From Octopus bimaculoides (taxonomy: Eukaryota), in contig NC_068997.1 in assembly GCF_001194135.2 (NCBI RefSeq), positions 20,354,543 through 20,418,542 on the forward strand: a stretch of 64,000 bases of DNA, read 5' to 3'. Shown piece by piece: positions 51,655 to 63,359 of the stretch. The notes under the pieces were generated by a model. It made no database searches and had not been told where the DNA came from. It saw nothing but the letters and a program-made list of their open reading frames with translations. A program made the position numbers and the translations under genes. The number at the start of each line of letters is the position of its first letter. Within the stretch, counting starts at the first letter, position 1.

Positions 51655-52025
51655 TCCCATAGCGTGGCACCTTGGGCAAGTCTCTTCTCCTATTGCCTCA
51701 GGCCAATGACCAAAGCCTTGCGAGTAGGTTTAGTAGACAGAAACCGAAAGATGCCTTCCATATATATATATATATAAATATATATGTATATATCTATGTG
51801 TGTGTGTCTTTACATCCATTTTTGTCCACCTTCACCTCTTGACAACCGATGTTGGTGTGTTTACATCCCCATAACATAGCCGTTCGGCAAAAAGAGACCA
51901 GTAGAATAAGTACCAGGTTTAAACAAAAAAAAAAAAAAAATTCCTGTGGTTGATCTGTTTGACTAAAACCCCTTCAAGGCAGTGCCCCAGCATGGCCACC
52001 GTCAAATGACTGAAACGAGTAAAAG
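51655..52025 (+). mobile_element. Family A SINE, head truncated
   Basis: GGCACCTTGGGCAAGT core, (TA)n(TG)n and tail CCCCAGCATGGCCACCGTCAAATGACTGAAACGAGTAAAAGA. Confidence 0.78.
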
Positions 52026-52389
52026 ATTATTTAAAAAATGATATATGCACACATGCCTATATATAAGATGCGAATTTGAGAAGGCCAAAACGCAAAGTGA
52101 ACTATAAAGTGAAACCAGGACATTGTTCTATTTCCATTTTTGTAGTTCATTTTGTATTGTTTCGGCCTGAGGTTCTTATCCAATTTAACACCACACAATG
52201 CTTCACCCTCGCTAATTCTATTCTAATATTTATACATTCATGTACGCGTGTGTGTGTGTGTGAGAGTTGACTTGAACACTGTCAAGTGTTTTCTACTCCA
52301 GCTCAGAGCCAACCCAAATCTTGTGAGTGGATTTGGTAGACAAACTGAAGGAAGCCTGTTGTATATACATTCCTCCTCCTCATCATCAG

Positions 52390-52770
52390 TTATATCATCA
52401 TCATCATCGTTTAACGTCCGCTTTCCATGCTAGCATGGGTTGGACGATTTGACTGAGGACTGGCAAGCCAGAAGGCTGCACCAGGCACCAATCTGATCTA
52501 GCAGAGTTTCTACAGCTGGATGCTCTTCTTAACGCCAACCACTTCGAGAGTGTAGTGGGTGCTTTTACGTGCCACCGGCACGAGGACCAGTCACACAGTA
52601 CTGGCAACGGCCACGCTCAAATGGTGTTTTTTACGTGCCACCTGCAGCGGCACTGGCAACGATCTCGCTCGAATGATTTTCTAACATGCCACCAGCACAA
52701 GTGCTAGAAGGCAACGCTGGTAACGATTACGCTCTAATGGTGCTATTTACGGGCCACTAGCACGGCAATA
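52390..52770 (-). mobile_element. RTE-LINE 3'-end fragment with (GAT)n tail, longest copy of the most abundant young family
   Basis: Ends ...CATGCTAGCATGGAAAGCGGACGTTAAACGATGATGA on the element strand. Other copies at about 2720, 7130, 8650, 10320, 11670, 11907, 14625, 18540, 22840, 27870, 32995, 33280, 35455, 44900, 51540, 53590, 54370, 57245. Confidence 0.8.
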
Positions 52771-53120
52771 TATGTATATATATGTTTGTGTGTGTGTATG
52801 TACTATATATGTATATATCAAAGGGTAAAAACACCCTTCGGTCATGAATAATCATGGGATTCCACCTAGGAAGTTCCCCTCCGAGGTACGGTTCTGGACA
52901 AGGTTGTTTATGGAAGACTAGCAGTCACCCATGCATACCAGCCTTCTGTCTCCATACCATCGATGTTATCCAAAGGAAAGGCAAAGACCAATATAGCTTG
53001 GCGCCATTGACATCATAGCCCATTTCTACACACACACACAGCCTGGTCCAGGAATTGAACTCACAACCTCATTATTGTGAGCCTGACACTCTAACCATTG
53101 AGCCATGTGCCTATATACAT

Positions 53121-53192
<72 letters not shown>

Positions 53193-55269
53193 GCTTAACC
53201 TCTTGTTATATAGCATTTTAATAGCAATATTTAATAGTGGCTCGCAGACGTAGTTGAGAGCTAGTGGTCAAGAGGTATAAACCGAAAGATAAAAACTGGC
53301 CAACCTAACAGTTAAATGTCAAAGGATGGGAGAAACACAGCAAAAATAACAGGTAATAAATTACAGGTGAAAAATAACCTCCTCTTCCTCCTCCTCGCCA
53401 GGTGGAAAGTTCTGTTACTTATTTTGCAGGTAGTAGAAACGGTATGGTAAGCAACAGCAACAGCGGCAGCAGCAACATCTCTGAGTAGCTGTAAGTCAGT
53501 TTGACATTATGAAAGATATTTACATGAAAGCCAACACAAGTTTACTTCACAGTTCATTGGTAATTATTTAATACTAGCAGCAGCAGCACCACCACCACCA
53601 CCACCACCATCATTATCATTGGTTTGATGTCCATTATCCTATCCATGCTGGCATGGGTTCGAATGGAAGTCATTGAGGCAGATTTTTCTATGGCTAGATG
53701 CCCTTTCCTGTCATCGATCCTCACTTGCTTCCAAACAGAGTAATATTTTCCCATGGCCAGGCAGGTTATCACAGAAGATTGGATGTGAATGAGACCATTT
53801 ACAACTGACATGTGATGTCACAACAAGGAAACACAAACACACACACACATACGCTTCTTTCAGCATCCCCTTCCCCAAGTTCACTCACTCTAGCCTAGGG
53901 CCAACATGCCATGTAGTAGGACTGAACTCAAAGCCATGTGATTGGAAGGCAAACTTCTTAACCACACAGTCATGCTTGCAGCAGAAAAAATATGAACGTT
54001 TTGCTATTTTCAGACAAGGTAGCTGAAAAGATATATATATGACTCCTACTTAATAGTACTCTCGATGCTAACATATTTATCATTCCTTCATTCTTTTTAT
54101 ATGATTCACTCATTTGTTGCATAACAAACAATTCTTTCTAGTATTCAGAACCTACCGTCCAGTGCTGTCACCATTACTGACTTAGGTTGACCACTTGACT
54201 GAAACCTTCTGACTTCATATCCTACCATTCTATTACGTCATGGGTAATTTAATAAGCATTTCTGAGCCACTTAGTTGGCAGCAAAGCCAACAAAAAGGTA
54301 ATTTACTCAATTAGCTGAAAAACAAGCTTCTCTTTAACAAATTCTTCACCATTCTTACAATTGGCACTCATCATCATCATCATTTAATGTCCATTTTTCC
54401 ATGCTTGCACGGGTCAGATGGAATTTGATGAGACATATTTTCTACGGCCGGATGTCCTTCATGTTGCCAGCTTTCACCTATTTCCAAGCAAGGTAATGTC
54501 TCTTCAGGGCCAGATATGTTTTCCGTTAAAGATTGGAAACAAACAGCATCACTTGTTTATAAATTTGATTCCAAAACAAGGATACACCCAAAAATGCATG
54601 CACCACACACATGTACATCCATGTGCGCACACATTCACACATATATGATGAACTTATTCCAGATTCCACTCCAAATTCCACTCACACTGAATGTTCCTAA
54701 AATTTCCCTATTATGTTCTTTAAAGACTTTGATGAACATGATATTTTTTTAAACTTTAAGACCCAGATGAAAAGGTGAATTGGCAGAGTCAGTGAGGTAT
54801 AGGACAGAGTGCATTGTGGTAGTTGTTCCAACCCCCTGCTCTTTAAGTTCAAGCCCTACCGAGGTTTACTTTGCCTTTCATCAGTTCAAGGTCACTAAAA
54901 TGCATACCAATCCAGAGGGGCAGGTAGGTGGAACTGTTAGAGTATCAGATGGAAAGCCTTGTGGTGTTTGCTTTGGTCCTTTCTGTTCTGACAGCAATGC
55001 CTGTAATGACACCGATACCAAGTTATAAAAACCCCAGGTGGTCTCAGGTGCTTTGGTATGAAACAATGATCTTACTACACAATATATAAAAATAACAATA
55101 AATCAACTAATGTACTAATACTGTGGTGCATCACATGACAGCCAAGATAGTAATGTGTACAGTGTTACTATAACAACACCAAGCTGATGATACAACAGTA
55201 TGTTGAATTAGAAAAAACAAAAACCTTCATCATAATATGTGACAATCACATTGCAATAATGAGAGAGTG

Positions 55270-55680
55270 AGCTAATAATGACCATCTCTACATGGTCATT
55301 TGACCTGCTAAAAATAGCAGCCAAATATCCTCCAAAACACACCCTACTGTCTTAAAAACGAAGTGTTCATTAGATAATGTAGTATTGGATATTACACTTG
55401 TCCCAAAAATACAAGATGGGATGGTCATGGATGGGATACTTTTAATTAAAGCTCTTCTTAGTTAGAGCTGACCTTGGGCTAACATCAACAATGAGCCAAT
55501 GAAGGAGCCTCTACATAGTTTTTCAACCTGCTAGAAATAGCAGCCAACCAAATGCCCTCAAATCACAACCTGCCATTTTAGAAACGGATTCTTTGCATGT
55601 CAGCTTGGTGTCCTGGACATGCCTTTTATCATAAGTTTGTTTAAGTGCTGACCTGGGGTTAAACAATAACAACACAATAA
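55270..55680. repeat. Two adjacent copies of a dispersed repeat (family E: GAGCCTCTACATAGT...CTGCTAGAAATAGCAGCCAA...)
   Basis: Related pieces at about 5930, 17200, 20520, 27040, 41560, 50560. Confidence 0.6.
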
Positions 55681-55976
55681 CAACAAAGCTACAACCCCTT
55701 AGCGCAGGATGCCCCAAATCCCAGATTATATTTCTATAAAAGCTAGGATAAGGCAAATGACAATGAAGACCTCATGACATACATAAAATAATTCATCTTG
55801 TAGATAGATACCAAAAACAGTATTTAAACTTATCAATAAATATAATCATAGCATCATCTACCTTCATAACCAAACCACAAACCCAACTACAGCATTCTAG
55901 CATATTCGCAAACACCAGAGAGTCTTTAATAACTACAACACATCTGGGTTCAAAACCAATACAGATAACTCAAGAG

Positions 55977-56097
55977 CAGAGCTCTGCAACAGGTATATTG
56001 TGACACACTGGTGTGTCACAAGATGATGCTAGGTGTGCCGCCAAATTTTGAAAAGAATATAAGTGTACCACGAGTGAAAAAAGATTGCCTAGCATTG
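55977..56097. mobile_element. Tiny hAT-type MITE, about 120 bp
   Basis: Degenerate TIRs CAGAGCTCTGCAAC / GATTGCCTAGCATTG, TSD-like CTCAAGAG / CTCTAGAA and internal palindrome TGTGACACACTGGTGTGTCACA. Confidence 0.55.
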
Positions 56098-57550
56098 CTC
56101 TAGAAGCAGCATAATAACATAACTTTTAAACTTTATTTATATCTTAAGCAACTTGTACCCTGTACCAGTATACTCTCATATATTGCCAAACTGAAAGCCA
56201 AAACTTCTCTCCAGTACAAAATTTTCTGCACCACTGCTCAACTGGTACTTATATTTTATTGATCCTGAAAGGATAAAAGGCAAAGTCAACCCTGGTGGCA
56301 TTTGAACTCAGAATGTGAAGTCAAAAGAAATATTGCTTGGCATTTTGTCTGGTGCAGCAACAATTCTGCCTCCTCTCTGCCTCATATCAGTATTATATTA
56401 AGAGATGATAGACGAGTTATTTGATAATCAACCTTAGCAATGTAGCAATGTAAGTGGTCCATAAGGACATATTTTGAAACAGTATTACTGATAGGATATG
56501 TGTGACGTGGACACCAAACTTTAATATCGTTTACAGAAATTGCAAAAAGCTGTGTAATACAAAACTGACAAGACAGAAACATAAGTAAATAAATGAAAGA
56601 AAATAAAAAATATTAAAAAAAAAAAAATATAAAATGGTACAAAGTTATCAATACTTACCTTGATTCTGTTGCAGTTGGTTGGTTTTCTTCCCTAATGAAA
56701 ACAAAGATTTTAATGTATGATTGATAAATTGATAAGTAATATTTTTTTTTAAAGTTTATCAAAATATAAGATCATCATTTCATAACCTTTGAAATTTAAA
56801 AAAAAGAAATTATACTTATGTGTGTGTGTGTGTGTGTGCATAGGTGGAAAAAGAGTGGGAGAATATGAACTGTTTTATGAACATACATACAAACATATTC
56901 AAACTAGATTCTCTGTCTGTCTCTGTCAATCTATCTATTTCCCCTGTATGTCTCTATCTATTTATCTCTCTCTCTCTCTCTCTCTCATTCATACATATCT
57001 GTGTCCTATGTTTATCTTAGTAAATCAAAAGTTTTCTAGCATTAAACACCTTTCAAGAACTATTTTTAGTACTCAAATTTTATTTTACATATATGTCATA
57101 TTAAACATACTAATCTACATTGTTTTCATTCACCAATTCATACAAGTGGATACACTCTAATCACAGTAGCTGCATATCTGCACCTTGGTTCATAATTGTT
57201 GAATGTTTTCTCTTATCATTTTGTAACCTTTATATTCTTATTCCATCATCATCATCGTCATTTAACATCTGTTGTCCATGCTGGCATGGGTTGAACGGTT
57301 TGACTGGAGTTAGTAAGTTGGAGAGCTGCACCAGGCTCCAGTCTGATTTGGCATGGTTTGTATTCTTTAACAAATTCTTATCCAGATCTGATCTCAATGC
57401 AGGATGTTCGAGAACCAAATGAAGGGAAGGTTTTTCAATCCCAGGATCATCCTGATTCCAAAATTGTGTAATATGTCTATGTAGATCAAATGTAGACTGA
57501 GATACAGGGGTCCCGCACAGACAGACAGAATTTTGCGTTTATTATTATAG

Positions 57551-57835
57551 GTCTCTCTTGCACAGCATCAGTAGTGGTGTGCAAGAGAGACGATTGCGCT
57601 GGTTTGGACATGTGGTGAGAATGAATGAGGATAGCTGCGTGAAAAAGTGCCACTCCCTGACAGTTGAGGGAACCTGTGGAAGAGGTAGGCCCAGGAAGAC
57701 CTGGGCTGAGGTGGTGAGGCAAGACCTTCGGACATTGGGCCTCACCGAGGCGATGACTACTGACCGAGACCTTTGGAAATGTGCTGTGCGTGAGAAGACC
57801 CAGCAAGCCAATGAGATCGTGCCAGGGCCCCTGGA
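57551..57835 (+). mobile_element. RTE-clade LINE, 5'-truncated ORF2 C-terminus running into an assembly gap
   Basis: Open frame RRLRWFGHVVRMNEDSCVKKCHSLTVEGTCGRGRPRKTWAEVV is typical of the RTE ORF2 C-terminus; the far side of the gap (58226) resumes with CGTTAAACAAT(GAT)n. Confidence 0.88.
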
Positions 57836-57838
57836 CTG

Positions 57839-58225
57839 NNNNNNNNNNNNNNNNNNNNNNNNNNNNNNNNNNNNNNNNNNNNNNNNNNNNNNNNNNNNNN
57901 NNNNNNNNNNNNNNNNNNNNNNNNNNNNNNNNNNNNNNNNNNNNNNNNNNNNNNNNNNNNNNNNNNNNNNNNNNNNNNNNNNNNNNNNNNNNNNNNNNNN
58001 NNNNNNNNNNNNNNNNNNNNNNNNNNNNNNNNNNNNNNNNNNNNNNNNNNNNNNNNNNNNNNNNNNNNNNNNNNNNNNNNNNNNNNNNNNNNNNNNNNNN
58101 NNNNNNNNNNNNNNNNNNNNNNNNNNNNNNNNNNNNNNNNNNNNNNNNNNNNNNNNNNNNNNNNNNNNNNNNNNNNNNNNNNNNNNNNNNNNNNNNNNNN
58201 NNNNNNNNNNNNNNNNNNNNNNNNN
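57839..58225. other. Assembly gap (N run); others at 47495-47504, 49159-49219, 60423-61243
   Basis: Runs of n in the sequence. Confidence 0.99.
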
Positions 58226-58234
58226 CGTTAAACA

Positions 58235-58269
<35 letters not shown>

Positions 58270-59454
58270 ATATATATATATATATATATAAATATATATG
58301 CTAGCTGATGTACCCGGTAATCCCGGGAAAGTAGGGCTTATCCCTTGGTTTCCTTCTCGTAATTGTTTTGCTAATCCAATAACAACGATACAAAGTATGT
58401 AGCCCTTAAAACGGTTTTTGTGCATTTACAGAGAATACCGAACTGTCTTACACAGGATCTTGTTTTTAGGAATTCCCAATAAGTTATGAATACCCAAATT
58501 GTGAAGTCAGTTATGTAATAACATGAAATTAGTTACCCAATAGTAAGAGTTCAAATAAAGTAGCCCTGAAAAGGGCTTTAATGCATTCCCATAGTATATA
58601 GAACATAGGAGGAAATACTAATTATGATTTTGTTCAATGTATTCCCTTCTCAGATTCACACACTTATTGCAGTGGTCTTTCAATTTTTCTAAGCCCTGTA
58701 AAAGAACTAGGAAGATTGGGCCTCTAATCAGACCCTTTTGTGATACTCTAAAGCCAAGAACTTATCAGCACCCCCTCGTGTTTGTACCATCAGTACACTC
58801 TTGCTTAGGTTTCCTGTTTTAAGTCATATTTCAGTTTTTTTTATTGTTATGAAAGATAGCTGTATTGTTGATTAGTCACTGTCAAAACTTAGGTGAAACA
58901 TGTTCTTATCAAAAATGTATAAATTAAACTTTAGTTTTTAAATATTGACTACCTAGAGCACACTTCTCTGTATATATGTTGCTTTCTATAAAATGATTTA
59001 ATTTGATGATTTTTTTTTTTTTTAGATTAAAATTTTTTTATGGTTTTCTTTTATAGAATGGTATCCAAAAGATGTGGTTTGAAATCAGTGTATAGTAATG
59101 ATTGCCAGTGTGAATATAATTGCCATTAATTGTCCTTTTAGGATACTGCAAGACAAACAGGTGGAGGGAGGAAGGGTCAAAGAGTAAAGAATACCAATTA
59201 GTTGTGCTCATTAAGTTTTTACCAACAATTAGTGTAGTGGTAGCATGGTCTTGTTATTGAAAAGTATAAGAACAAAAAAGATAGCGCTAAATAAATAATT
59301 ATCCAAAATACTGACAAGGTCAACTTTGCTTTTCATCCTTTTGGAGTCAATAGAATAAGTACCAGTTAAATACTGGGATTAATGTAACCAACTTATCCAG
59401 TCCCCTGAAATTATTGGCCTTATGCTAAAACCTGAAGCCAATATTTCCTACATT

Positions 59455-59670
59455 TCAGGGAGGTGAGCTGGCAGAATCATCAGCATGTCCGGCAAAATGC
59501 CTAGCGGCATTTCGTCCATCTTTACATTCTGAGTTCAAATTCCACTGAGGTCAACTTTCATCCTTTCAGAGTCAATAAAATAAGTACCAGTTGAGCACTG
59601 GGGTTGCTGTAATCGATTTACCTACTCCTTCAAAATTTGCTGGCCTTGTGCTAAAATTTGAAATTAATAT
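59455..59670 (+). mobile_element. Full-length family B SINE
   Basis: GGTGAGCTGGCAGAATC...GAGTTCAAATTCCACTGAGGTCAACTTTCATCCTTTC...AATAAGTACCAG...GGCCTTGTGCTAAAATTTGAAA. Confidence 0.78.
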
Positions 59671-60012
59671 TTTCTACATTTCTTATAACAAATTAATTTT
59701 GATTCTGGTCACAAATTGATTTGCTCCACTTATGCTGTTGATACCTACAAGACAGGTCCTACCTGTGCTCTTTTTTTAAAATTGCAAATTGTTTTTGGGA
59801 TATATTGAAGAATATCTTGCTGCATTGTATATTCTATCTGGCGCGACACTACTTTGTTTGGAATTCACATCTCATAGGACATCATTTTGCTTTTAAATGG
59901 TTGTTTTCCCACCCTACCAGCCCTGATTGTATAGAGCAGATCCACGATTAAGGGTATCGTCTCCTTTTTTTTTTTTCAGAAATAGTGTTGTCTCTGGCTA
60001 CATTATCTAATG

Positions 60013-60306
60013 CAGGGGTTTTCAAACTGTGGTCTGCAGACCACAGGGGGTTCGCAAGGACAATACAGGGGGTCCGTGGACAGCAAATACTTTTTATGGG
60101 CAATTTGATTTTATATATGTTTTTTAATCGAAATCTTTTAATTGACAATAAACCTATTTGTTAAATACTGTTAAATAAATAAATGTAAAAATATATGTTA
60201 TTTTAAGCAAATATTTATGTATAAATTTTATAAGCGTTTATAAGGTCCCTAAGGTAAAGCCTGAAATATAAAGGGGTCCGCAAGTCAAAAAGTTTGAAAA
60301 CCCCTG
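60013..60306. mobile_element. hAT (Charlie-type) MITE, 294 bp, intact
   Basis: Perfect 16-bp TIR CAGGGGTTTTCAAACT / AGTTTGAAAACCCCTG and perfect 8-bp TSD ATCTAATG (60005-60012, 60307-60314). Confidence 0.92.
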
Positions 60307-61244
60307 ATCTAATGTACCCTTAATTTGTGAGATGTATCAATTTTCTGAACTTACTTATTAATACTCTATGCTTCCTTTAACCATTTAGCATTTAAATCAG
60401 TCATATCCAGCTCAAATATTCTNNNNNNNNNNNNNNNNNNNNNNNNNNNNNNNNNNNNNNNNNNNNNNNNNNNNNNNNNNNNNNNNNNNNNNNNNNNNNN
60501 NNNNNNNNNNNNNNNNNNNNNNNNNNNNNNNNNNNNNNNNNNNNNNNNNNNNNNNNNNNNNNNNNNNNNNNNNNNNNNNNNNNNNNNNNNNNNNNNNNNN
60601 NNNNNNNNNNNNNNNNNNNNNNNNNNNNNNNNNNNNNNNNNNNNNNNNNNNNNNNNNNNNNNNNNNNNNNNNNNNNNNNNNNNNNNNNNNNNNNNNNNNN
60701 NNNNNNNNNNNNNNNNNNNNNNNNNNNNNNNNNNNNNNNNNNNNNNNNNNNNNNNNNNNNNNNNNNNNNNNNNNNNNNNNNNNNNNNNNNNNNNNNNNNN
60801 NNNNNNNNNNNNNNNNNNNNNNNNNNNNNNNNNNNNNNNNNNNNNNNNNNNNNNNNNNNNNNNNNNNNNNNNNNNNNNNNNNNNNNNNNNNNNNNNNNNN
60901 NNNNNNNNNNNNNNNNNNNNNNNNNNNNNNNNNNNNNNNNNNNNNNNNNNNNNNNNNNNNNNNNNNNNNNNNNNNNNNNNNNNNNNNNNNNNNNNNNNNN
61001 NNNNNNNNNNNNNNNNNNNNNNNNNNNNNNNNNNNNNNNNNNNNNNNNNNNNNNNNNNNNNNNNNNNNNNNNNNNNNNNNNNNNNNNNNNNNNNNNNNNN
61101 NNNNNNNNNNNNNNNNNNNNNNNNNNNNNNNNNNNNNNNNNNNNNNNNNNNNNNNNNNNNNNNNNNNNNNNNNNNNNNNNNNNNNNNNNNNNNNNNNNNN
61201 NNNNNNNNNNNNNNNNNNNNNNNNNNNNNNNNNNNNNNNNNNNN

Positions 61245-61278
<34 letters not shown>

Positions 61279-62166
61279 GCATATTGATAATGACAGTTCA
61301 TTTATTTATGAATGAACTTTATTATGTTAATATTATGATGTTTCCCCACTTTTTCTTAACGCAATCCCTAAATTTGAAATAACCATTTCCTGATATATAT
61401 CTACATATATATATATTTTTTTCCTTCTTACTTACTCATAAAGAAAATATTAACTAAATCAGAAATGTTTACCTGAGAGATTTTCTCTTAACTATACACT
61501 ATCACCTTACCTCTATGCTATTCTTGTATTCTGTTTCCATATTTTTTACTGTATTTCTATCCACCCTTGGCTTTCTTTCTCTCTCTCTCTCTCTCTCCCT
61601 CTTTCTCTGACATATTCATTGACTGTTTTGTATTTTTTTATATTTTATATCATGAAATTCTTCATTATACTCACAATCCAGATTAAATATATCTAAACAT
61701 TTACTGAAAATAATAATTTTTATTATCAGTTTATTTTAAAATTAAAGATATTTATTAGTTTAAATTTTTTTTTTTTCAAATAACCTACAGTTAATTTTTT
61801 GCAAAATCATTTTACTTTAGAAATTTAAATAGTGGAAAAAAAACAAACAAAAAACAAAACAAAAAAAACAAAAACAAAAAAAAGAAACAGAATCCTATCT
61901 CACACTCTTACTATTTCTTTCCTTCTCATTACCTCTTCCTTTCTCTAAAATAAATTAACATATATAAAAATATCAAAAATGTTAATTAGTTAGTCACAGT
62001 TGTTTAAAGTAAAATTTAATTTGATTACAAAGTGAGTTATAACATGTAAACTTCTCAATGTTCTTCTACATTTCATTAAACTTTCTAAGAGACAAATTGT
62101 GAATGTTTCATAGTAACTACAAGTTTAAACAGAAAATATATTTAAGTAGATTGGATAGAAGTGGAA

Positions 62167-62565
62167 TGAGATGATATGGTGCAGCTGTATGGATGCTGAT
62201 AGTTTGGCACAGCTGACTGGACAATCAGGCTGTTTTGGCAATGGTAACTTTTGGCACTGGAAGCAAACACATACATACACACACACACACACACAGATGC
62301 ATGCATGCAAAGATATATACACATACAGATAGAAAGAGTAAAAGCAAAAGACAGAGAGAGGGACATTACAGTTTATTAATTGAAAATGATTGGTACATTT
62401 CCATCTCTTCAGACACATAAAAAGAAATATACTCACACATAAAGAAACGGAGAAAGAAAAAGTGGGGAGGGAGAAGAGAATGGAAGAAACATTGAAATAT
62501 CTGATGTCAAATAATTCAGCAATGCCAAATGGGCAGTGCCGAAATGGCTGTGCCATAACGTCTCA
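62167..62565. mobile_element. MITE, same family as 4024-4324, with expanded internal microsatellites
   Basis: Colinear similarity to 4024-4324; the two ORF-track peptides are also similar (e.g. QLINCNV). Confidence 0.65.
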
Positions 62566-63273
62566 TATCTGGATAGAGAAGTTCCAGAGTCTCAAGAAGG
62601 TTACAAATTTCATGTGACATATTTCATAAGTTTCTGTTACCATTTGTTGCCTTAAAAAAATATCCCTGTTATTTTGTTAATGAAACCAAGTTCTTCAATC
62701 TTATGAGTAATTTTCTTCTTTCTTTTTCTTTCTTTTTTTTTTTGGTTGATAGAAATTTAACTAATTGATATTTTCAAATAGCAATATTTCATGTAATTGT
62801 GGATCATGGATTGAATTGGTGGAGCATTAGATCACATATATTGCAATCTTTAATAAAGTCCTATTACATTGTAAGTTCAAAAATTCTTTAGAGGTTGCTA
62901 AGTAACTGAATAGTGATTAGGTCAGTATGATTGATTGCTCCCTACTTCACCCTAGCACCCATCCACTAAATTTGTGGCCTTGTGCCTATGTTAGAAATCC
63001 ATATTCTTTGTAATTCTTTTTATCTTCATTAAATTTCTTAAATGTCAGAATTTAGAAATAAAACAAAAAAGTAAAAAATAAAAGATAAAGCAACAAAACA
63101 AAACAAATGCAGTTAGATTTAGTAACACTCATAATTTATTTAAGAGGCAAAGTAACTGAGTGGATAAGCTAGCCATAGTGAATTATGAGTTCTGAGTTCA
63201 ATCTCTGCTTAAATGCACAACAAAAACAACTTATGTGCCTCATTTTTCCTATAAGAACTAGATCTATGGGGGG

Positions 63274-63359
63274 ATGTAGGGACCAGATTTTCTAAAGATG
63301 TAGGGACCAGATATTCTGGGATGTAGGGACCAGATACTTTGGAAATGTAGGGACCAGAT
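63274..63359. repeat. Minisatellite: four perfect 15-bp ATGTAGGGACCAGAT units with 8-9 nt variable spacers
   Basis: Units at 63274, 63298, 63321, 63345. Confidence 0.9.

Noticed and set aside
53380-53450. Plus-strand microexon-like sites (TTTTGCAG|GTAGTAGAAACG|GTATGG) as glutaredoxin exons
   Set aside because: They do not encode the expected VPRVF and would disrupt the TVP glutathione-binding motif; low-complexity surroundings.
58760-58800. CCTCGTGTTTGT as glutaredoxin exon 2 (PRV)
   Set aside because: Lacks the leading Val and the following FI..IGG; the frame does not continue as glutaredoxin.
57486-61301. Long ORFs of 175-311 aa in the ORF track
   Set aside because: They consist mostly of X from N gaps; only the RTE fragment is real.
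63274-63359. CRISPR array
   Set aside because: Repeats of 15 bp and spacers of 8-9 nt are far too short, the spacers resemble each other, no cas genes are present, and the context is a eukaryotic intron or intergenic region.
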